Positions 9,758-16,989 of a DNA stretch of 32,000 nucleotides are shown here, piece by piece. The position numbers were made by a program, and so were the translations under genes. Each line of letters begins with the position of its first letter. Position 1 is the first letter of the stretch. The stretch spans positions 1-32,000 of the forward strand of contig NZ_LGHJ01000019.1 of assembly GCF_001306055.1 (NCBI RefSeq), given 5' to 3'. The notes beneath the pieces were generated by a model. The model ran no database searches. It saw only the letters and a program-made list of their open reading frames with translations, and was not told the DNA's origin. The DNA is from Bellilinea caldifistulae (GTDB taxonomy: Bacteria > Chloroflexota > Anaerolineae > Anaerolineales > Anaerolineaceae).

Positions 9758-9875
9758 AGTTCTCCTCGATGAATAAAGATTGGCGCAATTATACCAGCCC
9801 GGCTTCATAGATAGAATAAAAATTCTTGAAAAAGTGAATTTTTCCCCAGCCGTTATACTCTTCAACCGTGATAGG

Positions 9876-9884
9876 TGGTATAAT
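9876..9884 (+). promoter_or_regulatory. Extended -10 promoter (TGGTATAAT), inferred to be the original tRNA-Leu promoter; it now precedes only the truncated 5' tRNA copy and the integrase
   Basis: The TGnTATAAT motif lies 17 nt upstream of the first tRNA-homologous base (9901). It is a motif call only. Confidence 0.5.
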
Positions 9885-9898
9885 TGGCGCGCAAACCA

Positions 9899-9944
9899 GC
9901 GGGGAAGTGCTGGAACTGGCAGACAGGCATGACTTAGGATCATG
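9899..9944. repeat. attL: 46-bp direct repeat, a truncated copy of tRNA-Leu (2 nt of 5' flank plus the tRNA from base 1 through the 3' side of the anticodon stem)
   Basis: GCGGGGAAGTGCTGGAACTGGCAGACAGGCATGACTTAGGATCATG is identical base for base to 17179-17224. The flanking bases differ on both sides (A9898 vs T17178; C9945 vs T17225). Confidence 0.92.
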
Positions 9945-10031
9945 CCATTTGGCTAAGCAAACATTCACCCGTAAATCTGGCGGTATCGCGCATGGCCACC
10001 CCCACAAATACGGCATTTTGGAGGGTGGCTC

Positions 10032-10988
10032 ATGTCTTCTTCAAAAACGCGGCACATTACCCGCACTCATGTTTTTACCTTCGGTTTGGATCACCTCAGC
10101 ACTGCCATTGAAGCCTTCATCATAGATAGGCAATCCAGCGGACTATCTTCCAATACCATCCAGTTTTATCGAAACTGTCTCAGGCGATTTATTGAGTTTT
10201 GCGATAGCCAGGCAATCACCCAAATTGACCAGGTCGCACCGGATACCATCCGGGCTTATCTTTTGTGGCTGGAACAGAACGGCCACAATCCCAGCGGTCG
10301 CCATGCCCATTATCGAAGTCTGCGCGCCTTTATGTTCTGGCTGGAAACTGAATTGGGTGAAGATACTTACCGCGCCCCCATCCGTAAGGTCAAACCGCCT
10401 AAAGTGCCAAAAGAGATTATCGAAGGCGTCAGCCTGGATGACGTTCAACGGATGATTGACGCATGCAAGGGCAACCGCTTTACCGATTTACGGGATAAAG
10501 CCCTTCTGTTTTTCTTGCTGGATGCCGGCACACGCGCCAGCGAAGCCCTTGCCGTTGACCTTGCCGATGTGGACTTTGCCACCGGCGGCGTCCTGATCCG
10601 CAAAGGCAAAGGGAATAAATCCCGCATGGTCTACTTTGGCAAGAATACCCGCCGCGCCATCACCGCTTACCTCAAAAACCGTGAAGATGATCATCCTGCC
10701 CTGTGGGTCAATGAGAAAGGCGAACGCCTTACCCGCTTTGGGCTGGATAAAGTCCTGCGTGTGCGTGCCAAAGAAGCCGGTATCACCAACCCACCCAGCG
10801 CGCATGATTTTCGCCGGGCTTTTGCCCTGAATATGCTACGATCGGGGTGCGACGTGTTCACCCTTCAAAGGCTCATGGGACACAGTGATCTAACCGTCTT
10901 GCGCCGGTATCTTGCCCAGAACGAAAATGACTTACAGCAAGCCCATCAGCGGTTTAGCCCGGTTGAAAATTTGGCAAAGAAAGGATAA
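10032..10988 (+). CDS. Tyrosine recombinase/integrase, XerC/XerD-like (no obvious arm-binding N-domain)
   Basis: An N-terminal SAM-like core-binding domain (AIEAFIIDRQSSGLSSNTIQFYRNCLRRF) is present. The catalytic residues are R in GTRASE, K in KGKGNKSR, HxxR in AHDFRRAF, H in GHSDL and Y in RRYL. GGAGGG (10020-10025) lies upstream of ATG 10032. Confidence 0.92.
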   Translation: MSSSKTRHITRTHVFTFGLDHLSTAIEAFIIDRQSSGLSSNTIQFYRNCLRRFIEFCDSQAITQIDQVAPDTIRAYLLWLEQNGHNPSGRHAHYRSLRAFMFWLETELGEDTYRAPIRKVKPPKVPKEIIEGVSLDDVQRMIDACKGNRFTDLRDKALLFFLLDAGTRASEALAVDLADVDFATGGVLIRKGKGNKSRMVYFGKNTRRAITAYLKNREDDHPALWVNEKGERLTRFGLDKVLRVRAKEAGITNPPSAHDFRRAFALNMLRSGCDVFTLQRLMGHSDLTVLRRYLAQNENDLQQAHQRFSPVENLAKKG

Positions 10989-11139
10989 AACAGCCGGAAT
11001 TTTCCCTCCAGAAAGCCCTAGAAAGCCCGTTCTAGCCTTCACAGGTCATTTGATATGGATTGTCCAAAGAACGGGCAAATTTCGGGCTTTGGTTGCTCAG
11101 TATGGCAGGCATGCCCAAAAAACTGACGTTTTCCTGAAC

Positions 11140-11538
11140 CTAGTCCGTAGGCGGTTCAGCCTGCGCCGCAGCCTCATCAATCCTGCGTTCAAGGTCGGTA
11201 ATCCGGGCTTCCAATTCAACCGCATTCCGAAAACGCAAGACGGCATCCAGTACTGTTTTAGCAGCCGCAAGCCGTGCGCCCGGTAGTCGGCGGTCGGTCA
11301 CAAGGTCGGACAACGCATCAAGCGCGCCGCTCTGCATACTGAGCAGCCTCCGCATGGCTTCTTCCAGCAACCCACTTTCTGCCTCTTGCAAGGCTTCACG
11401 GAAGGCCGGCTGCCGCAGCCAGCGGTAAGCGGTCTTTTCGCCGATACCGCACTTATGCGCCGCCTCCCGTGCGCTTTTACTGGTCAGCAGGGCTTGAAGA
11501 AAGCGTTTTTGCCTTGCGGTTAGGTCGTTTCGGGTCAT
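11140..11538 (-). CDS. Small HTH protein with terminase-small-subunit-like layout (132 aa)
   Basis: LTARQKRFLQALLTSKSAREAAHKCGIGEKTAYRWLRQPAFREALQE, followed later by ARLAAAKTVLD, follows the pattern of Terminase_2-type TerS N-termini (L-x-x-KQ-x-F...A-A-x-x-AG-x-x-x-x-TA-x-x...P-x-V-x-x-x-I). The assignment is by recalled motif similarity, not by a search. Confidence 0.55.
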   Translation of the reverse strand: MTRNDLTARQKRFLQALLTSKSAREAAHKCGIGEKTAYRWLRQPAFREALQEAESGLLEEAMRRLLSMQSGALDALSDLVTDRRLPGARLAAAKTVLDAVLRFRNAVELEARITDLERRIDEAAAQAEPPTD

Positions 11539-11758
11539 CTTCTGTCATCCTGACATACTGGCGCAATTGCCAGCGGTCAAAATGGATTGTACCAGCAAAC
11601 AATCGCACCAGGTAGCCAAACGTCACCAGCGCCGCCGTGACTTCCGCATCCGTTGCGCCTTCCAATGCCAGCCGGAAGCGGGCAAGGTCGAAATCCCGCC
11701 GCACTTCCGGCGGCAGGTTGGCCAGAAGGTCGGCAAGCGGAAGTTCGCGGTAGTTCAT
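11477..11758 (-). CDS. Hypothetical protein (93 aa), element-encoded
   Basis: ORF 11477..11800. ATG 11758 (MNYRELPLADLL) overlaps the TGA stop of the upstream gene as ATGA, suggesting translational coupling. Its 3' end overlaps the next gene by 62 nt. No recognisable domain. Confidence 0.45.
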   Translation of the reverse strand: MNYRELPLADLLANLPPEVRRDFDLARFRLALEGATDAEVTAALVTFGYLVRLFAGTIHFDRWQLRQYVRMTEDDPKRPNRKAKTLSSSPADQ

Positions 11759-12540
11759 TCTACCCAAACAACATTCTCGCCTTCTGGTGAAGGCATCCAC
11801 AGCGGGATAGGCGTCCGTGAGGGTTCATGGTCACGGCAGCGGGTGATTGCGGTCAGCGCCTGGCTGAAGGCGGTTTGCATCCGTTGAAGCCCAACCTCCA
11901 CCTCCTGCCATTTGGCGGCGATTTTCTTCTCCCGGTCGCTCATGAAGCGTTCTTCCGCCTGGTCAATCGCCTTGTGCATGTCCGCAACAGCAGCATCGAA
12001 GCCCGTCAGCCCGTGCTTTGCCTGATACCAGGCCGGATATCCCTCACGCAACACCCGGCAATCTTTGCGGTCGGTCACGGTCAGCAGAATTTCTGGCAAG
12101 GAACGCCCGGCATTCAACAAAGTTTCAAATTGCGGCCAGCGGCGCAAAGCGTAAGCCTGGAACACCGATTCATCCTGCGGGTTCGCCGCCGTGCGCTCTT
12201 CTTGAAGTTTTGCGAAAGCCTGATTGCCAAGTTCCTGAATGCGCCCATGCCACAGGTGGAGCACCTCAACGGCTTCATCCACAATCAGATTACAAGCAGC
12301 AGCGGAAACGGACGGGTCAAGCCCGGCCTTGCGCATTTGACGCACACCCTCAAAGGCCAGCGTCACGATTTCAGCGATTGGCTCATGCACCTGACGCAGT
12401 TCATAAATTGGATTTTCAACGGTAACACCTGCTTGAATGCGTAAACCGTTGAAATCACTCGTAACACGGCGCGGCAGATAGCGCCGGGCAATGTCCGCCA
12501 GTTCAGCGGGAGTATAGTAAACAGCAGGCTGATTAGCCAT
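11755..12540 (-). CDS. Hypothetical protein (261 aa), element-encoded
   Basis: This long ORF has AGGAG upstream of ATG 12540 and its own TGGTATAAT promoter. No domain recognised. The + strand ORFs 11827..12444 and 12018..12425 are antisense shadows. Confidence 0.6.
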   Translation of the reverse strand: MANQPAVYYTPAELADIARRYLPRRVTSDFNGLRIQAGVTVENPIYELRQVHEPIAEIVTLAFEGVRQMRKAGLDPSVSAAACNLIVDEAVEVLHLWHGRIQELGNQAFAKLQEERTAANPQDESVFQAYALRRWPQFETLLNAGRSLPEILLTVTDRKDCRVLREGYPAWYQAKHGLTGFDAAVADMHKAIDQAEERFMSDREKKIAAKWQEVEVGLQRMQTAFSQALTAITRCRDHEPSRTPIPLWMPSPEGENVVWVE

Positions 12541-12590
12541 TTCTCACACTCCTATAGAAAATATGTTTTGCGAACGGGTGTTCTGTATTC

Positions 12591-12599
12591 ATTATACCA
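12591..12599 (-). promoter_or_regulatory. Extended -10 promoter (TGGTATAAT on the minus strand) for the 261-aa/93-aa/TerS-like gene block
   Basis: The reverse complement of 12591-12599 is TGGTATAAT. A TTGGGC -35-like hexamer lies 16 nt upstream, and the motif sits about 50 nt upstream of ATG 12540. Confidence 0.45.
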
Positions 12600-12654
12600 C
12601 CGAACACTTTTTGCCCAACATAATACGCATTGTCTTGGGCATCCTCACCGGTCG

Positions 12655-12900
12655 TCAGCCGGTCTTGGACGGGTCACCTCCCGTATACGGCGCAATTTTC
12701 GCCAGAAGTTCAAGGCAATCGCCTTCGCTCAGGTCAGGTACAGCCTCCTGAAGCCGCCGCACCTGGTCAAGGATTGCGGGCCGGTCAAGGGCATCCAACC
12801 GGTAAAATGCCCGGTACAGCGGATGAAGCCGCTCAATTTGCTTGCGGTCGAGTTCCATCACCGCAAGAAGCGACAAAGGCGGGCAGTAGTCACCGGTCAT
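12655..12900 (-). CDS. Hypothetical protein (81 aa), element-encoded
   Basis: ORF 12655..12993. The start is taken at ATG 12900 (MTGDYCPPLSLL), which overlaps the end of the upstream gene by 11 nt. No domain recognised. Confidence 0.45.
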   Translation of the reverse strand: MTGDYCPPLSLLAVMELDRKQIERLHPLYRAFYRLDALDRPAILDQVRRLQEAVPDLSEGDCLELLAKIAPYTGGDPSKTG

Positions 12901-13270
12901 TTGTTCGCTCCATCGCCAACCGCAAGAGTTCATCAGCCACCGTTGGAACATCCGCCAGCGGCACAGCGGGTAAGGTGATCCCATCCCGGCCAAACATATA
13001 AAACTTGCCGTGCTTCAGATACTTGCGCCCAATGGCCCGCAAAGCCTCCTGTTCAGTATCGGAAAAGTATCTTCCGGCCGGAAAGGTGTCAAAGTGGATA
13101 CGAGCATATTTCCGCCGTGCCGTTACCCGCAAATAGGGCATCCGGTTTGCCTTGCAAAAATGCCAAAAAGCATTCAAAACCGGCAAAGGCGTACCTTCCC
13201 GCGCAACGATATAGCCAGTTTCGCAGGCTTGCTCAAAGATTTGTTTGTATCTGCCCCGTAGTGTGGTCAT
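12890..13270 (-). CDS. Hypothetical protein (126 aa), element-encoded
   Basis: ORF 12890..13405. The start is taken at ATG 13270 (MTTLRGRYKQIF), with GGAGG 7 nt upstream. The longer version would read through the repeat field. No domain recognised. Confidence 0.5.
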   Translation of the reverse strand: MTTLRGRYKQIFEQACETGYIVAREGTPLPVLNAFWHFCKANRMPYLRVTARRKYARIHFDTFPAGRYFSDTEQEALRAIGRKYLKHGKFYMFGRDGITLPAVPLADVPTVADELLRLAMERTNDR

Positions 13271-13292
13271 TCCTAACCTCCGATCTTGACTT

Positions 13293-13400
13293 GGTGACGA
13301 AGGGTGACGAGAAAATGGCGTTTTTTGATTTTTCCCCCTTAAGTGGTCACTTAAGAAAGAAAACTTGAAAAGTGGCCTTTTCTCGTCACCTCTCGTAACC
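13293..13400. repeat. Iteron/palindrome field: candidate replication origin or operator cluster of the element
   Basis: Tandem 10-mers GGTGACGAAG GGTGACGAGA (13293-13312) face the inverted tandem TCTCGTCACC TCTCGTAACC (13381-13400), with 17/20 matches as an inverted repeat and a 13-bp perfect core GGTGACGAGAAAA / TTTTCTCGTCACC. Between them lie a T-rich tract (13321-13333) and the palindrome CTTAAGTG-GT-CACTTAAG (13338-13355). The field is immediately downstream of the replicase stop at 13402. Confidence 0.6.
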
Positions 13401-13401
13401 G

Positions 13402-15552
13402 TCATACTCCAATCCCTTTGAAAAACTTTCCGTTCTTTCTCACTTCGCGTTCAAAACCATGTGCCACCATGAGTTTTGAGAATAACTGAATGGACTTCAC
13501 CGCCTGCGGGACGCCGTTTAAGCGGCAGTGCTGCTCATAGGTGGCGAATAAGTCGCTTGCCTTTGTCTCAAGTCGCGGGTCGAGTTTACAGGTCGCCAGA
13601 AAATCGGCCAGTGGGTCGCTGTCCGCGCGCCAGGCTTCGGCGGCTTGAACGCACTGCGGCGGCGGGTTCAGCCCTTCCCGCTGGTAAGCCAGACAGCCTT
13701 CCAATGCCCAATTCAGGATACCGGGCAGTTCGGCTTGAAGTTTTGCCCTCAGGTTCTTGTCTTGATTTTGTCCCTCAAAGCGCGCAAGGAATGGGATCAG
13801 CACCACCCGCCGCCAGAACGCAGGTGAAACGTCCCGCACCTTTGGCAGGTCGTTCGCCGCCAAAAATAACTTGAATTGCGGCATGTAGGTTCTCTCGTGT
13901 TCGTGCTTTCGCGATCCCGTTACCGGGTCTTGACCGGTAACCAGTTTCAAAACCGCCTCATTCAGTGTGCCAACCGTCGAAGTTTCTACAGCAACCACCA
14001 GCCGCGCGCCCTCCAACGCCATCAGGCTTTCCTGGTGGCCGCCTTTGTTCGGGTCAGTGGTAAAGGTTGAAAAACTGGTGCTTTTGGCACAGTCCCCCAG
14101 CGCGGCGCGCAGGGTATCAAGCAACGTAGATTTCCCGTTCAGCCCCCGCGCCCCGTGACAGAAGAAAAACACCTGTTCACGGGTAAGGCCGGTTAGGGTA
14201 TAACCAACCGCCCGTTGGATGAAGGTAATCATTTCCTGGTCATCCAGGAAGACTTCCCTCAAAAACTGCTCCCAACGCGGCGCTTTGGCTTGCGGGTCGT
14301 AATGCGTCCCGGCGCATTGGGTCAGGTAATCATCCGGCTGACCTTCCCGAAAGTCCCCCGTTTCCAGGTCTACAATGCCATTCTGCACAGCCAGCAGTAA
14401 AGGTTTTTGATCAAATTTCCTGCCGCTTTTGGCCAGGTTCGGGCGGCTCTTGGCAATTTCCAGCATCGAACGCAGACGATACCCGTTTTCTGAATTCAGT
14501 AAAAACGTCATCGTTTTCTTCCGCAAGTCGGCATCTTGAATGCCGAACGCCTGTGCCTGCCGCTCCCGGATGGCTTCCAGCGCCAAACGTTCAACCGCGC
14601 CATCGTCATCTGTCACCCACACCGGCGAACGGAAGACATACCAGCGGCGGGTATCATGCCGATAGCAGATTTGTTTCTCGTGTCGGTCGCCAAAAAATTC
14701 AGCATTGCCGGCATCGGTCAAGGCATAGCCTGGTTGATAACGACATACTGATTGAGCAATCCGGGTGACTTCGGCATCATCCAGCGGCGGCTGGCACTGT
14801 GCCTGATTAAGTACCCTCAATGCTGCCAAAATCGCGGGTTCATCCATCCCCGCCCGGCGCATCCGCCCGGCCTCACTGGTCAGCCAGGTGTTCCGTTGCC
14901 CTTGTAACACCTTTCCGCCCTGTGCCTGCTGCCCCTGTGGCTTGTGTCCGTTCGGCGTGCTTTGCCCGGCGGTAAGCAGGTTCAGCAACCATCCGGGCAG
15001 GTCGGCGGGTTCGTCATTTTCCGGGTCAGAGGACGCTTCCCAAACATAGGCATTCCCGCTTGAATGAATTGACGGCGGCGCAACCACAAAACCGCCATCG
15101 GCGCGAATGTCCAAACCGGGACCAAGCGCACCGGCGGAAGATTTTAGGTATTGAACACCCGCCGGGTATTTGAAGTACAAGTGCCGCCCACCGCCGCCGG
15201 TCAAGGATTCAAGGGTGGCAGGTAACCGCCCGAATTTGGCTTCAAGATCAAGCAAGGTTGCGTCCCCGTCATGTCGCGGGTCAACGTCCAGCACCACTAA
15301 ACCACTTTCGCACCCGGTCGCAATGCCTACGTTGGCTTCAGGTTGCATCGTCCACCAGACCGCGATTTGGTCAAGATCAATGGTGGCATCCTTGAAGCCA
15401 CGCGGGACAAGCGCGCCGATCGGGTGCTTGCCAGGTGATTGACAATTAGGGTTGCCACAGGTACAGCACCCATTATGCACCGAATGCACCGGAAAAACGC
15501 GCCAGCCGCGCAAGGAATACGTCACAAGTTCAGTTATCGAGATTGTGTTCAT
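13402..15552 (-). CDS. Bifunctional primase-polymerase (PrimPol) fused to a P4/D5-type SF3 helicase (phage/plasmid primase, P4 family)
   Basis: The N-terminus reads GWRVFPVH...CQSPGKHP...ANVGIATG..SGLVVLDVDPRHDG...GGGGRHLYF, which carries the PrimPol DxD and sGGG-H motifs. The C-terminal half has the Walker A motif HGARGLNGKSTLLD and a D5_N/P4-type NTPase region. Length is 716 aa. Confidence 0.9.
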   Translation of the reverse strand: MNTISITELVTYSLRGWRVFPVHSVHNGCCTCGNPNCQSPGKHPIGALVPRGFKDATIDLDQIAVWWTMQPEANVGIATGCESGLVVLDVDPRHDGDATLLDLEAKFGRLPATLESLTGGGGRHLYFKYPAGVQYLKSSAGALGPGLDIRADGGFVVAPPSIHSSGNAYVWEASSDPENDEPADLPGWLLNLLTAGQSTPNGHKPQGQQAQGGKVLQGQRNTWLTSEAGRMRRAGMDEPAILAALRVLNQAQCQPPLDDAEVTRIAQSVCRYQPGYALTDAGNAEFFGDRHEKQICYRHDTRRWYVFRSPVWVTDDDGAVERLALEAIRERQAQAFGIQDADLRKKTMTFLLNSENGYRLRSMLEIAKSRPNLAKSGRKFDQKPLLLAVQNGIVDLETGDFREGQPDDYLTQCAGTHYDPQAKAPRWEQFLREVFLDDQEMITFIQRAVGYTLTGLTREQVFFFCHGARGLNGKSTLLDTLRAALGDCAKSTSFSTFTTDPNKGGHQESLMALEGARLVVAVETSTVGTLNEAVLKLVTGQDPVTGSRKHEHERTYMPQFKLFLAANDLPKVRDVSPAFWRRVVLIPFLARFEGQNQDKNLRAKLQAELPGILNWALEGCLAYQREGLNPPPQCVQAAEAWRADSDPLADFLATCKLDPRLETKASDLFATYEQHCRLNGVPQAVKSIQLFSKLMVAHGFEREVRKNGKFFKGIGV

Positions 15553-15922
15553 CGTCGCCGTCCCAAAGTTCTAACTGCACCGCATTTGCCAAACCGATAA
15601 TCTTCACCGCCCGGCGGACGGTTCGCGCTTTCCATTGCTTCACCGCTTCCGGCGCAGGGTCAAGCCAGTAGCCGCTTCCCCCCTTCGCCGTGCTTGATAA
15701 AATCGGGTATCCTGCCCGGCGTAGGGCTTCAATCCGCGCCCGCAGTTCTCGCTCCGAACAGCCCCGCGCTGCGGCAAGGTCGGTCATGCTGATTTTTTCT
15801 CCCGCAGGTAATTGACGCAAAATGTTCACAAGTGTATAATCCAAATAGCGAACGCTGCCCCGCGTTCTCAAGCCTTGCCCGCCGCCGCCAACGGCGGGTT
15901 CTGTTTTGTTAGTTTTGTCCAT
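15530..15922 (-). CDS. Winged-helix HTH DNA-binding protein (HTH_11/BirA-N-like), element-encoded
   Basis: ISMTDLAAARGCSERELRARIEALRRAGYPILSS..GYWL is a typical wHTH. Its 3' end overlaps the primase start by 23 nt. Confidence 0.65.
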   Translation of the reverse strand: MDKTNKTEPAVGGGGQGLRTRGSVRYLDYTLVNILRQLPAGEKISMTDLAAARGCSERELRARIEALRRAGYPILSSTAKGGSGYWLDPAPEAVKQWKARTVRRAVKIIGLANAVQLELWDGDDEHNLDN

Positions 15923-16103
15923 GCTGCACCTCAGCCCCGCTTGCGTTTTCTTTGGTTTTCTCTTCGCTTTGCTTTTTTTGAAACGACTTTGAAAGTTCCC
16001 GGCGAATGACCGCTGAAGGCGTTAGGAATTCGGTTTCAGCCCGCCGCTGGACTTCTTCCCAAAGCCAGCCGGGAAGCCGGATTGCAAAAATTTTTTGGGA
16101 CAT
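15909..16103 (-). CDS. Ribbon-helix-helix (CopG/Arc-like) regulator, 64 aa
   Basis: ORF 15909..16196. The start is taken at ATG 16103 (MSQKIFAIRLPGWLWEEVQRRAETEFLTPSAVIRRELSK, a beta strand followed by two helices as in RHH proteins). AGGAG lies 7 nt upstream. It is the first gene of the leftward operon and overlaps the next gene by 14 nt. Confidence 0.7.
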   Translation of the reverse strand: MSQKIFAIRLPGWLWEEVQRRAETEFLTPSAVIRRELSKSFQKKQSEEKTKENASGAEVQHGQN

Positions 16104-16117
16104 AGGACATCTCCTAA

Positions 16118-16210
16118 AACGGTAATTATTTGAAATACCGTTACTATAATACGATATATTACAACGATTGACAACAATAAAAAAATCTGTTATCATTTTT
16201 TTACCGTTAC
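16118..16210. promoter_or_regulatory. Divergent back-to-back promoters with three TACCGTT operator copies (genetic switch of the element)
   Basis: The rightward promoter is TTGACA (16168-16173), 17 nt, then TATCAT (16191-16196). The leftward promoter is TTGTCA (complement of 16169-16174), 17 nt, then TATTAT (complement of 16146-16151). The two -35 hexamers overlap. Operator-like sites are AACGGTA (16118-16124) inverted against TACCGTTAC (16136-16144), plus a third TACCGTTAC (16202-16210) at the predicted rightward transcription start. Confidence 0.6.
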
Positions 16211-16238
16211 ATAAACCTTAAAAAATTGGAGATTTCCC

Positions 16239-16952
16239 ATGCAAGGACATGCTCAACTGGTTTATCCCCGTTCCTGGACACGCGGCAAGCCCACATTGAA
16301 AGGTGATTACATCACCATCAGCCAGCCTGAAGAGTATCAGCCTTACGAATGTGCCAATCTGGTATTTGACTTTTCCGGCTTACGGACGCCAAAGGACGTT
16401 ACCGCTTTTGTCGGCCAGTACGGACTTTTGAAACGTACTGAAGGGCTTGAAAAAGTCACGGACATTTTGGCGGAAGCGGCGGCAGTAAGGCTTTTGTTCC
16501 AAATGGTGATTGCCATCCGCAGGGTAGATACTTCTTTCCTGCGGGACATTTGGCAAATTTCGGACTTTGCCAAACTGTTTGAAGCCCCTCCGAAAGATGA
16601 TGATGAATTACTGGCTCAAGCCTCCGTGCTTGTAGCATGGACTATCAACGAAAACCTTGCGGGCGTCCCTCACGGTCTCATCCCTGAAGCGGCATTTGAA
16701 GTGGACGGCGTCAGCGGGTCGCCAGGTATTTTTCTTTGGGTGGCTTATCCCGATAATCTGCTTCAATACATTTACTATCAACTGGCAATGACTATAAACC
16801 TGAAAACTCCGCTTGCTTCATGCACCGAATGCGGAAGGATTTTCAAGGTCGAGCATGGCAATCAGGAATATTGCTCCAGCCGTTGCTCCAACCGGGCAAG
16901 AATAAGACGCTTCCGAGAAAAACGGCAGCCAGGTCAAAAACAGCCGCAATGA
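16239..16952 (+). CDS. Element-encoded protein with C-terminal CGNR-type zinc-ribbon-like motif (237 aa); N-terminal domain unknown
   Basis: GGAG lies 7 nt upstream of ATG 16239. The C-terminus, CTECGRIFKVEHGNQEYCSSRCSNRARIRRFR, resembles the zf-CGNR pattern C-x2-C...F....WC-x3-CGNR-x-K. This is recognised by motif, not by a search. Confidence 0.6.
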   Translation: MQGHAQLVYPRSWTRGKPTLKGDYITISQPEEYQPYECANLVFDFSGLRTPKDVTAFVGQYGLLKRTEGLEKVTDILAEAAAVRLLFQMVIAIRRVDTSFLRDIWQISDFAKLFEAPPKDDDELLAQASVLVAWTINENLAGVPHGLIPEAAFEVDGVSGSPGIFLWVAYPDNLLQYIYYQLAMTINLKTPLASCTECGRIFKVEHGNQEYCSSRCSNRARIRRFREKRQPGQKQPQ

Positions 16953-16989
16953 ATAGCAGCCGCCGATCAAAACGTGCTAAATCTCCCCC

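Noticed and set aside
11827-13874. Several + strand ORFs of 120-205 aa inside the element (11827..12444, 12018..12425, 12568..12978, 12630..13001, 13476..13874)
   Set aside because: They are Arg/Pro/Ala-rich translations typical of the antisense strand of GC-rich coding DNA. They overlap each other in different frames and lack RBSs. The minus-strand ORFs have RBSs, start/stop coupling and recognisable domains.
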